Positions 1 to 7,651 of a stretch of DNA of 13,897 bases are shown piece after piece (position 1 is the stretch's first letter; each line of letters opens with the position of its first letter). Below the pieces are notes generated by a model, which ran no database searches, was not told where the DNA came from, and worked only from the letters and a program-made list of their open reading frames with translations. Made by a program: the position numbers and the translations under genes. This DNA comes from Candidatus Woesearchaeota archaeon (GTDB lineage Archaea; Nanobdellota; Nanobdellia; Pacearchaeales; GW2011-AR1). The stretch spans positions 1-13,897 of the forward strand of contig CAYICW010000004.1 in NCBI GenBank assembly GCA_964362025.1, in the 5' to 3' direction.

Positions 1-222
1 CTCTTCCAGTTTTTTTGCTAGTTCAGAGCCTGAAAGGCTGATGAAGCCAGGATAATTTTCAACCAAATGAGTTGTGGTGATTACTCCCCCTATTGGAAGC
101 TCTGTGCCATGAGAATGCCCTAAAACAAGGGTTTTTAACTGGAGTCTTGCGGCATACATCGCGGCAGCCAATCCTGTTCCTCCGCCGCCAATCACAACGA
201 AGTCATAATTTTTATCTGTCAT
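1..222 (-). CDS. trxB: Thioredoxin-disulfide reductase, N-terminal 74 codons (gene runs off the left edge of the window)
   Basis: Reverse-strand translation from the ATG at 222-220 gives MTDKNYDFVVIGGGGTGLAAAMYAARLQLKTLVLGHSHGTELPIGGVITTTHLVENYPGFISLSGSELAKKLEE. It has the GxGxxG/A FAD-binding Rossmann motif followed by the TTT..VENYPGF signature of low-Mr TrxR. The frame is open to base 1. It is absent from the ORF track because it has no stop inside the window. Confidence 0.85.
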   Translation of the reverse strand, partial: MTDKNYDFVVIGGGGTGLAAAMYAARLQLKTLVLGHSHGTELPIGGVITTTHLVENYPGFISLSGSELAKKLEE

Positions 223-320
223 CAGATAATTGATGGTTTTTTCTTATTTAAACCTAACCAAAATTTATTTGCAATCAAAAGAACATATAAACTTAAATAT
301 ATATTTGCCTCCTGAATTTT

Positions 321-638
321 ATGGATTATTTAAACATAAAGGGTTTAGAATTACTGGTTAATCTGGATATAAATTTGAGTGAAAAACAAACCGCAATATT
401 TAAACAAAAATTTGATTATATTATAGAAATATATAAGGAAAAACATACAGAAATTGATTATATTGGCTTGATACAGGTAACCGCTGTTGCTTATTCTTAT
501 GTCAATAATGAGAAAAATCCTGATGAAAAGTTGCAGACTGAATTTTATGAAAGATTAAAAATAAATTCTCTTGTGTTGGATATAAGCAGAAGATCGCCCT
601 TACAAAGGGGAATAATTCCTGGACATACAATGAATTAA
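321..638 (+). CDS. Hypothetical protein (105 aa), no recognisable motif
   Basis: ORF from the track. An A/T-rich TATA-like element (aaacttaaatatata, about 290-304) lies just upstream. No family recognised. Confidence 0.45.
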   Translation: MDYLNIKGLELLVNLDINLSEKQTAIFKQKFDYIIEIYKEKHTEIDYIGLIQVTAVAYSYVNNEKNPDEKLQTEFYERLKINSLVLDISRRSPLQRGIIPGHTMN

Positions 639-780
639 AAATCCCAATAATCGGACTGCATTTTGTCTCATCCATCTCAAAAAGATTACTCTTATCTTTT
701 AAAACTTTTGAAGCCAAAAACTGACAATTTTTAACGTTGATGTTTGCAATCTTATAGTAATTTTATAATAGTGACATATA

Positions 781-794
781 GAAATCTTTATAAA
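781..794 (+). promoter_or_regulatory. Archaeal BRE/TATA promoter element (gaaatctttataaa) for the 824-4906 operon
   Basis: Matches a motif recurring in this window, GAAA(T/C)CTTTA(T/A)A(T/A)A. There are 29 nt between the motif end and the ATG at 824. Confidence 0.5.
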
Positions 795-823
795 CTGTTT
801 TTTTCTTTGAGAAGAACATTAAA

Positions 824-2521
824 ATGAGCAGAAAAGGCAGCAAATTAAGGAGCATAGGAACCTATTTCCTTGCGGGATCTTTGGCGGTCGGAAGTGCAGC
901 TTATGCACAGCAAGATGTCTTAAAAAATAATCCTCTTGCACCTAGGCCCGAGTCCTGGGATGGCATTCCCCTTCTATATCAAGATACTAAAGATACTACT
1001 CATAAAAATATTTCTGATGCTACTCCAATCAATCCTGAAAAATCTCAAAATCTCATATACGCTGAAGCGGAATTAACATCTGCAGGAGACGGCGTTCTGG
1101 CAAAATCCTATGTGACTGAAGTGAATGTTTCTCCTGACAATGAATACTCCCTAAAAAGCAAATTTTCCTCAAAAGACAAGATCAAATATTTCTTCACAGA
1201 TGCCAGAAAAGGGCTTGAGAGAATAGTGAAGAAGATGGGGCGTGACAGCAAATTGACCGGAAAAGAAAAAGCCATAAAATATTATTTAAGGGGGCTTGCA
1301 AGAAAGCTAAGATCCAATGATAAAGCCAGCTTAAAGTTGTTAAACACTGCTGTTAAAGATGGAATTATTTCTCCTGAAGAAGACGGGCTTTACAATGAAA
1401 AAGGATGGAAAGTTAAGGATGATGTTTACATGGCTGTTGTCAAGACAAAAAGCCAGGAGACTCCATTATTGTTATATTTCAGACCAAAAACATACGCAGA
1501 AGCAAGAAAAAAAGAAGGCAGGTTGGAACAGGAAATTAAAAAAGAAGCAAAGCCTGAGGAAACTCGTCAGGCGGACGCCAAAATGTCATCCGCAAGCGTG
1601 GCCGAGTTAGAGAAAAAGGACAGTTCAGAGACAATTACAAAATATGAAAAAGAAAAACAGGAAGCAGGAAGGGATAATCTGAGAGTAAAAGAACCAGTTA
1701 TTTCTGATAGTTTAGAAACAAAAGAATCAATTTTTATTGATAGCTCTGCAACAGAAAAACCTTTCATAGAAGTAATCGATGGTATTCTTCAATTGCTAAA
1801 GCCATATGATTCCCTGACAACTGAACAGAAGAAAGAATATCAGATGGAATATGCTAATTTTTGGGGGGCAAAAGATATAGTGGGAGTTAATCCTGAACTT
1901 TATGTTGTCATAGAGGATTCAACAAAAGAAGAGGAAGCAAAGCCCGAGAAAAATGCGGGCGGACCTGGATTTGGATTAGAGGCCGGAGTTGGAAATAACG
2001 GCGAGAAAACAGTCGGAGTTTTTGGAGATGTTCCATTGACATCATGGCTAAAATTAGGAGCATATGCAAATTACTCGGCAGCAAGAGGAAATTCTTATTC
2101 TTACGACGAGAGAACAGAGATTACACAGAGAGAAAGGCAATTGATAGGACCTGCAACTTACAAGCAAAGGACAGACGAAATAACCACAACCCTTGAGGAT
2201 ATGGCAAGAGCAGAAGTAGGAGCTGGAATCACACTAAAGATTTCAGAAAATGTGGAAATTCCATTTAGGGTTGGAGCAAAAATATTGAATGAAAAGGAAA
2301 TCAAAGAGGGAAAGAGCACAATAGTCCATGAAAGAAACGCGCAAATTCTTGGAGAAGCAAAAACAATAACAGGTCAGACAGAAAGCGACAGTCCAGTCAA
2401 CAGATTGTCATTAAGCGCAGGAGCAATATATAATATAAACAAGAACTTGGCTGTTGGCGCTGAATTCAACAGAACAGGAAATTATAATCAAGGACAAGTA
2501 AATTTGAGGGTGGGTTTTTAA
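824..2521 (+). CDS. Secreted protein (565 aa): Sec-type signal peptide, K/E-rich central region, and a C-terminal OMP-like 8-strand beta-barrel domain ending in Phe
   Basis: The N-terminus is MSRKGSKLRSIGTYFLAGSLAVGSAAYA|QQ, a positive n-region, hydrophobic core and AxA cleavage site. The C-terminal ~187 aa (nt 1958-2518) show eight amphipathic alternating-hydrophobic strands (GFGLEAGVG, TVGVFGDVPL, LKLGAYANYS, AEVGAGITLKIS, VEIPFRVGAKIL, LSLSAGAIYNI, LAVGAEFNRT, QVNLRVGF) and a terminal F. Confidence 0.85.
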   Translation: MSRKGSKLRSIGTYFLAGSLAVGSAAYAQQDVLKNNPLAPRPESWDGIPLLYQDTKDTTHKNISDATPINPEKSQNLIYAEAELTSAGDGVLAKSYVTEVNVSPDNEYSLKSKFSSKDKIKYFFTDARKGLERIVKKMGRDSKLTGKEKAIKYYLRGLARKLRSNDKASLKLLNTAVKDGIISPEEDGLYNEKGWKVKDDVYMAVVKTKSQETPLLLYFRPKTYAEARKKEGRLEQEIKKEAKPEETRQADAKMSSASVAELEKKDSSETITKYEKEKQEAGRDNLRVKEPVISDSLETKESIFIDSSATEKPFIEVIDGILQLLKPYDSLTTEQKKEYQMEYANFWGAKDIVGVNPELYVVIEDSTKEEEAKPEKNAGGPGFGLEAGVGNNGEKTVGVFGDVPLTSWLKLGAYANYSAARGNSYSYDERTEITQRERQLIGPATYKQRTDEITTTLEDMARAEVGAGITLKISENVEIPFRVGAKILNEKEIKEGKSTIVHERNAQILGEAKTITGQTESDSPVNRLSLSAGAIYNINKNLAVGAEFNRTGNYNQGQVNLRVGF

Positions 2522-2522
2522 G

Positions 2523-2927
2523 ATGAAAAAAGGAACAATAACACAAGCTTCAGAATACAAATCAGTTGAGGAAAAAGTCTTTACACCCATTGGAAAAAGA
2601 TTACAGGATTTCGGGCAGGCATTTTATGGAGGAGCTGCTATTTATTTCAGAATTCCTACTACTGTTAGAAAAATTATGAATGTCCAAACCATTACAACCA
2701 AGAATGAAGGAGATCTGTCAAATAGTTTTGTATTGGGAGGATTTATTGGATTAATTAGTACGCCAGCTTATATCTTTAAAAATAATTCATTTGAATTAGA
2801 GACTTTACTTTACAGCTTCTTGGCAACAAATGTTATCTCTGGAATTTATGAGTTGGGAAGACTTTCAACAAGCAGGCAAGAACATGTTCGATTAAAAGCT
2901 TCTAAACTGGAGGAAAAAGCAAGATGA
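2523..2927 (+). CDS. Small membrane protein (134 aa, two predicted TM helices)
   Basis: Starts 1 nt after the stop of the upstream gene. SD-like GAGGGTGGG lies at 2506-2514. Hydrophobic segments are FVLGGFIGLISTPAYIF and LLYSFLATNVISGIY. No family recognised. Confidence 0.7.
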   Translation: MKKGTITQASEYKSVEEKVFTPIGKRLQDFGQAFYGGAAIYFRIPTTVRKIMNVQTITTKNEGDLSNSFVLGGFIGLISTPAYIFKNNSFELETLLYSFLATNVISGIYELGRLSTSRQEHVRLKASKLEEKAR

Positions 2928-4669
2928 AAACACAAAAATTAATATTAATTCCAGCAATGCTGATTTTATCAGTCTTCTTACTTTCGGTTATAAGCGCTTC
3001 AAGCGTTACGGTTTCATTATTTTATGACGCTACAACCTCTAACGCGCTTACAATAATGAACGGAGACAGCACAAATATAATAGTAAGCGCTGATTCCATA
3101 TTCGAAAATAGCATGACTGTAAGGATAGATGTGCTGGACAAGGCTGGTGCCTTGGTTTCAAATATATTGGATACATACACTACAAGCGATTCTTATTCAA
3201 AATATTTGGCAATAGGAAAACCCGCATACCTTGGTCCTGGAAATTATACAATAAAAGCAACTGTAACAGGCGCGAGCGGACAAAGCGATACAGACAGTTT
3301 ATATCTTACGGTGTTAACCGTAACTCCAGGAAATACCGCACCTGTAATAACATCTGCTCCTATAATAACAGTAAATGAAACACAAAACTATAATTATCAG
3401 GTTACTGCAACAGATGCCGATGGAGATGCACTCACATATTCATTGACACAAAGCCCACAAAATCCTCCATGGCTCTCAATAAACAGCCTCGGACTTATAA
3501 CCGGAATTGCTCCCAATGTCAGCTCTGATTATTCCTATGCTGTAACAGTGAAGGTTTCAGATGGAAAAGACTTTGACCTTCAGACTTTCCCGATAACTGT
3601 AAAGGATACAAATCAGGCAGGGGACACAACTCCTCCCTTTGTAAATGTGATTTTCCCTGTAAGTGGTGCAACTTATTCAAGCAATTCATTGACATTCATT
3701 ATGAATACAAACGAGCCTACAGCAAGAGCATGGTATGTTTTATTAAGTGACATGATTCCAGTTGACATGACAGAAATAACTTCAACCAGCTTCACAAAAG
3801 ATGTTGTCTTGGGAGATGGCTCTTATGAGGTGGTATTTTATGCGAAGGACCTTGCAGGAAATGTTGGAACAAGCGATATCATAAATTTCTCTGTGAAAAA
3901 AGGCGCAGTTGATACAACTCCCCCTGTCGTAACAGTAATTTCTCCAACAAATAATCTGGTTTATAATTATTCAAACATTAATTTTGAGATAACAGCCAAT
4001 GAAGCATTAAGCAATGCCTGGTTTAGCCTTGACGGTGGAGCAAATGTTTCCCTGAATTCAGTATCCAGCACAGATTTTACAAAGATAGTCGCTGTTGCAA
4101 ACGGAAATCATAATGTTGTTTTCTATGCCCAGGATTTGGCAGGAAATATCGGATCAAGTCAGGTTACTTTCGGTGTGAATGTGATTATTGCGCAGGATAC
4201 AACTCCTCCATACTTAGAAATCTTTTCTCCTGAAGAAGGAATTACATACACTTCTTATATTACTACTTTATCCTTCCTAGCATCTGACCCTAATCTTTAC
4301 ATATGCTGGTACAGTGTGGATGGCGGCGTGACAAGGAATCCCATAACCTGCAATGTTTCGGTAATAGGACTAACTTCTGTTGAAGGAAAAAACAACTGGA
4401 CAGTTTATGCAATAGACCTGGCTGGAAATCAGGCAAGCAAGACAGTTACATTCTATGTAAATATTCCGGGACAGGAAGATAAGAAAAGCTCAAAAAACAA
4501 GGGAGCGAGATATGTTACTGATACCGACGGGACAAAGCAATATCTTAGCCAGTTTGCTCCTCAAACAATTGACGATGATGGAGGAATAAAATTAGCTGGA
4601 GAACAGCCTTCATTCTGGGACAATTTCATAAACTGGCTAAAGAGCATATTCCACTGGATTTTTGGGTAA
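2924..4669 (+). CDS. Surface adhesin-like protein (581 aa): signal/anchor, Ig-like domain, He_PIG/cadherin-like domain, and three tandem DTTPP Ig-like repeats
   Basis: ATGA overlap with the upstream gene, and GGAGG at 2909-2913. The N-terminal hydrophobic segment is LILIPAMLILSVFLLSVISASS. The signature TATDADGDALTYSL...PPWLSIN..GLITG...Y...V.VSDG is typical of putative-Ig (He_PIG) or dystroglycan-type cadherin-like domains. Three ~95-aa repeats each carry DTTPP..V..I.P...Y....W(Y/F)..DG......V.YA.DLAGN, which resembles bacterial Ig-like (Big_5-type) domains. Confidence 0.85.
   Translation: MKTQKLILIPAMLILSVFLLSVISASSVTVSLFYDATTSNALTIMNGDSTNIIVSADSIFENSMTVRIDVLDKAGALVSNILDTYTTSDSYSKYLAIGKPAYLGPGNYTIKATVTGASGQSDTDSLYLTVLTVTPGNTAPVITSAPIITVNETQNYNYQVTATDADGDALTYSLTQSPQNPPWLSINSLGLITGIAPNVSSDYSYAVTVKVSDGKDFDLQTFPITVKDTNQAGDTTPPFVNVIFPVSGATYSSNSLTFIMNTNEPTARAWYVLLSDMIPVDMTEITSTSFTKDVVLGDGSYEVVFYAKDLAGNVGTSDIINFSVKKGAVDTTPPVVTVISPTNNLVYNYSNINFEITANEALSNAWFSLDGGANVSLNSVSSTDFTKIVAVANGNHNVVFYAQDLAGNIGSSQVTFGVNVIIAQDTTPPYLEIFSPEEGITYTSYITTLSFLASDPNLYICWYSVDGGVTRNPITCNVSVIGLTSVEGKNNWTVYAIDLAGNQASKTVTFYVNIPGQEDKKSSKNKGARYVTDTDGTKQYLSQFAPQTIDDDGGIKLAGEQPSFWDNFINWLKSIFHWIFG
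3623..4465 (+). repeat. Three tandem ~95-codon domain repeats inside the adhesin gene (3623-3910, 3911-4195, 4196-~4465)
   Basis: Each unit starts with GA(C/T)ACAACTCC(T/C)CC (DTTPP) and ends after the (V/T)VYA.DLAGN motif. The repeats are diverged at the DNA level and conserved at the motif level. Confidence 0.8.
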
Positions 4670-4678
4670 GGAGATAAA

Positions 4679-4906
4679 ATGACAATAACAAGAGACGAAA
4701 GAACAAGGTTTAATCTTGAAAATTATTTGAAAATGGTTTTTCATCCAGAAGGATATAGGAGATTTATGGAAAGAAGAGTATATGACTTATACATTAAAAG
4801 TCCCGAAGCTGAAGATCTTGTAAATGCCGCAATTTTTGCAGATTATTCTAAATATGTTCTTTTAGGCATTGGAGTCGCAGTGATAACTTATGAACTTATC
4901 AAATAA
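4679..4906 (+). CDS. Small tail-anchored membrane protein (75 aa)
   Basis: AAGGAG SD at 4668-4673, 5 nt before the ATG. The C-terminal hydrophobic segment is YVLLGIGVAVITYELI. It is the last gene of the 824-4906 operon. Confidence 0.6.
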   Translation: MTITRDERTRFNLENYLKMVFHPEGYRRFMERRVYDLYIKSPEAEDLVNAAIFADYSKYVLLGIGVAVITYELIK

Positions 4907-4946
4907 CTAAAACTCCTCATTCATATTTCTCAGGAATTTGCTGGCG

Positions 4947-4960
4947 GAAACCTTTATATA
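4947..4960 (+). promoter_or_regulatory. BRE/TATA promoter (gaaacctttatata) of the vapBC operon
   Basis: Consensus motif with 23 nt between its end and the ATG at 4984, which predicts a leaderless transcript. Confidence 0.55.
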
Positions 4961-4962
4961 AT

Positions 4963-4985
4963 AGTTATACATATAAGTTATACAT
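4963..4985 (+). promoter_or_regulatory. Direct repeat AGTTATACAT x2 (4963-4972, 4976-4985) between the TATA box and the vapB start; candidate VapB/VapBC operator
   Basis: Two exact 10-nt copies with a 13-nt period. The second overlaps the ATG. The operator role is inferred from the known autoregulation of type II TA operons. Confidence 0.35.
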
Positions 4986-5211
4986 GGCAATAGAAGTCAG
5001 GACAAAGAAATGGGGAAATTCAATAGGCATAATCATACCTAGCGAGGCTGTTGAAAGACTAAACATAAAGCCCGAGGAAAAGATAGTAATTGAGATAAAT
5101 AGAAAGGGGAATGTTCTTGAAGAAATGTTTGGAACAATGAAATCCAAAAAGACGGCAAAGATGATGGTTAATGAAGCACGCAAAGAGATGAAAAGCAAAT
5201 GGATGAAATAG
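4984..5211 (+). CDS. vapB: AbrB/SpoVT (MazE-fold) family antitoxin, VapB-like (75 aa)
   Basis: The N-terminal sequence VRTKKWGNSIGIIIPSEAVERLNIKPEEKIVIEI is the swapped-hairpin AbrB/SpoVT signature (KWGNS.G..IP). It overlaps the downstream PIN gene by 13 nt. Confidence 0.85.
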   Translation: MAIEVRTKKWGNSIGIIIPSEAVERLNIKPEEKIVIEINRKGNVLEEMFGTMKSKKTAKMMVNEARKEMKSKWMK

Positions 5212-5573
5212 ACAAATGCCTTGATACTTATGCATTAATTGAGATTAAATTGGGAAATCCAAAATTTAAAGATTATCTAAATCATAATTTTGTCATTGTT
5301 GATTTAATATTGGCAGAATTTTACAGCGTTCTTCTCAGGGAAGAAAATGAAGAAACAGCAAACTTTTGGTTTAAAAAACTTGAAAGTTACTCAATTCCGG
5401 CGAGCAAAGAGATTCTTATTGAAGCGGTAAAATTCAGGCATAAACACAAAAAAGATAATATTTCTTTCTTTGATGCAGTTGGATATATTTTCTCCCTAAA
5501 AAATGGCTATAAATTTGTTACAGGAGACAAGGAATTTCAGGGATTATTAAATGTTGAATTCAAGAAAAAATAA
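5199..5573 (+). CDS. vapC: PIN-domain ribonuclease toxin, VapC-like (124 aa)
   Basis: The conserved acidic residues sit in typical PIN context: LDTYALIE (first Asp), LAEFYSVL (Glu), FFDAVGY (Asp) and VTGDKEF (Asp). The gene is paired with an upstream AbrB-type antitoxin. Confidence 0.85.
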   Translation: MDEIDKCLDTYALIEIKLGNPKFKDYLNHNFVIVDLILAEFYSVLLREENEETANFWFKKLESYSIPASKEILIEAVKFRHKHKKDNISFFDAVGYIFSLKNGYKFVTGDKEFQGLLNVEFKKK

Positions 5574-5606
5574 AAGCTAATTTTTAAAATCTAAAAATCA
5601 ACTTCC

Positions 5607-7220
5607 TTAGAAATCCTCATTCATACCGCGCACAGGATTAACGCTCATCATATTTCCCTTTTTGCCTCTGGACGCAATCACATCATCAATTCTAAGGATC
5701 ATTATTGCAACCTCGCTTGCCGAAGAGATTGCCTGTGTTTTGACCTTCAATGGCTCAATAATCTTTGCCTCAAGAACATTTTCAATCTTGTTCGTGAAAA
5801 GATTCAATCCTGCATTTCTTTCTCCTGAATCATGCCTTGATTTAAGCTCTGTAAGAACATCTATGGGGTCCATTCCTGCATTCTCTGCCAATGTAGAGGG
5901 GATGAATTCCATGGCATTTGCAAATTCCTCGACAGCCAGCTGCTCCCTTCCGGAAAGCCCCTGTGAAAACTCTCGGAGCCTCTTTGTCAATTCCATTTCC
6001 ACTGCTCCTCCTCCAGGAACAACAAGCCCTGATCTGAGAGCGCACGCCACATCGCCCAAGCCGTCTTTTATTGCCCTTTCAACCTCGTCGATGACATGCT
6101 CTGTTCCGCCGTGGATAAGTATTGTAAGCGCCTTTGGATTTTGGCATCCCTTCACATACGTGAATGTATCTTCACCGTGCTTTACTTCTTCAACAACCTC
6201 TGCGTTTCCCAATTCAAAAGGAGTCAGTTCGCTAAGGCTTGAAACAATCTTTGCTCCTGTTGCTTTTGCAAGTTTTTCTATGTCGCTTCTCGCAACTCTC
6301 CTGCATGCAAAAATCTCCTCTTTTGATAGAAGATACTGCGCAAAGTCGTCTATTCCCTTCTGGCAGAAAACAACATTTGCGCCTGAAAATTTCACTTTAT
6401 CAACTATCTCTTTTATTGATCTTTCTTCCTGCAATATGAATCCCTGAAGCTGCTCTGGAGTTGAGATTGAAATCCGCGTTTGTATCTCTGGGTTTTTCAG
6501 CTCCAATGGAAAATCCAGAAGGGCTATTCTAGCATTTTTAACCAATGTTGGCATGTCCGGAGAAACTCTTTCCTTGTCAAGAACTATTCCTGAAATAAGC
6601 TCGGTGTCACTTATCCCGTCTCCTTTTGATTTTTCTATTTTTATGTCCTTCAAATCTATTTTTCCGTTATTTTCAATCTGTTTTATGGCCCGCAAGATTA
6701 TGTCTGCAAATAATTCTTTTGAATCCTCTGCCCCTTTTCCAGTCATTGCAGTTATTGCCACCTGCCTAAGCACATCCTCATCATCTTTTGTTATTCTCAG
6801 CGCAATATCATTAAGAATTTCCTTTGACTTTTCAGCTGCAATCCGATATCCTTTTGTTATAACAGTGGGATGTATCTTCATATCCAAAAGTTTTTCTGCA
6901 TTTTCAAGAAGCTTTCCGGCTATCATAACAGCGGTAGTTGTCCCGTCCCCGACTTCTGCTTCCTGTGTCTTTGCAATCTCCACCATCATTTTTGCAGCTG
7001 GATGCTCTATCTGCATCTCCTCAAGTATTGTAACACCGTCATTGGTGATAACTATGTCGTTCGAAGGAGACACTAGCATCTTGTCCATCCCTCTTGGACC
7101 CAAGGTTGTCTTGACTATGTCTGCAACCATTTTTGCGGCGAGTATGTTATTTCTCTGCGCGTCTTTTCCTATTATTCTCTGAATATCCTCAGGCATTAGA
7201 ACCATTGGCTTGTCTGTCAT
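5607..7220 (-). CDS. ths: Thermosome subunit (group II chaperonin, 537 aa)
   Basis: Full-length match to group II chaperonin signatures: [28 protein letters not shown] (ATP binding), [11 protein letters not shown] and IEPLKVK. GGAGAA SD at 7235-7230 on the minus strand. Confidence 0.97.
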   Translation of the reverse strand: MTDKPMVLMPEDIQRIIGKDAQRNNILAAKMVADIVKTTLGPRGMDKMLVSPSNDIVITNDGVTILEEMQIEHPAAKMMVEIAKTQEAEVGDGTTTAVMIAGKLLENAEKLLDMKIHPTVITKGYRIAAEKSKEILNDIALRITKDDEDVLRQVAITAMTGKGAEDSKELFADIILRAIKQIENNGKIDLKDIKIEKSKGDGISDTELISGIVLDKERVSPDMPTLVKNARIALLDFPLELKNPEIQTRISISTPEQLQGFILQEERSIKEIVDKVKFSGANVVFCQKGIDDFAQYLLSKEEIFACRRVARSDIEKLAKATGAKIVSSLSELTPFELGNAEVVEEVKHGEDTFTYVKGCQNPKALTILIHGGTEHVIDEVERAIKDGLGDVACALRSGLVVPGGGAVEMELTKRLREFSQGLSGREQLAVEEFANAMEFIPSTLAENAGMDPIDVLTELKSRHDSGERNAGLNLFTNKIENVLEAKIIEPLKVKTQAISSASEVAIMILRIDDVIASRGKKGNMMSVNPVRGMNEDF

Positions 7221-7543
7221 TCTATGCTATTCTCCATAGGCCCTTCTACTTCCAATATTTTTAATAATTTATTCTTAACTCTGTTATATAGTACTTTTTT
7301 CATCTTTAATTTTTCCAACAGCACTTTTTTAACATCCTTTCTGATGCTTATTACTTCAACTCCTCCCCAGACTTGGTCCAAATTAACTACATATCCCTTA
7401 TCTATAAGACCATTGATAATAGGAACTGCCTCATCCAATTTACTTCTCTCATATCTCTTTAAACTTCCATTACTATCTATCACATCATAACGAATAAATG
7501 GTGTTTCAGAATCATCGCTCCAGATATAAATATTCCCTATCAT
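7217..7543 (-). CDS. Hypothetical protein (108 aa) translationally coupled to the thermosome gene
   Basis: Its TGA stop overlaps the thermosome ATG (ATGA at 7220-7217, minus strand). A TATA-like aatatttataag lies about 28 nt upstream of its ATG. No family recognised. Confidence 0.6.
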   Translation of the reverse strand: MIGNIYIWSDDSETPFIRYDVIDSNGSLKRYERSKLDEAVPIINGLIDKGYVVNLDQVWGGVEVISIRKDVKKVLLEKLKMKKVLYNRVKNKLLKILEVEGPMENSIE

Positions 7544-7651
7544 TTTTTATACAATTCAGAAACAAATAATTCCTCTTATAAATATTATTATGTTGTAGAG
7601 AACATGTCTTGTTTTGGCAAAATTTATTAAGTAAAAGCACCATAAATTGGC

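Noticed and set aside
520-541. C/D-box sRNA-like pair: TGATGA (521-526) and CTGA (538-541) separated by 11 nt
   Set aside because: It lies inside the 321-638 ORF. There is no second C'/D set or terminal stem, and the base before the C box is not a purine. Other TGATGA occurrences (about 8048, and about 12700 on the minus strand) likewise lack a partner D box.
502-717. 71-aa minus-strand ORF
   Set aside because: It overlaps the 3' end of the 321-638 ORF on the opposite strand. It has no promoter or SD and no motif.
1359-1767. ORFs 1359-1610 (+, alternate frame) and 1567-1767 (-) within the 565-aa gene
   Set aside because: They are embedded in the K/E-rich region of a longer and better-supported ORF. 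The basic or serine-rich translations are what off-frame reading of AAG/GAA-rich DNA would produce.
4965-5198. 77-aa minus-strand ORF
   Set aside because: It is antisense to vapB, which has a clear AbrB/SpoVT signature and a properly spaced promoter.
5662-7182. Long plus-strand ORFs (5662-6447, 6239-6439, 6553-7182, 6870-7076) and the minus-strand ORF 5842-6045 within the thermosome locus
   Set aside because: They lie antisense to, or out of frame with, a full-length and strongly conserved thermosome gene. Their translations are low-complexity S/F/A/C-rich strings with no motifs. These are typical shadow ORFs.
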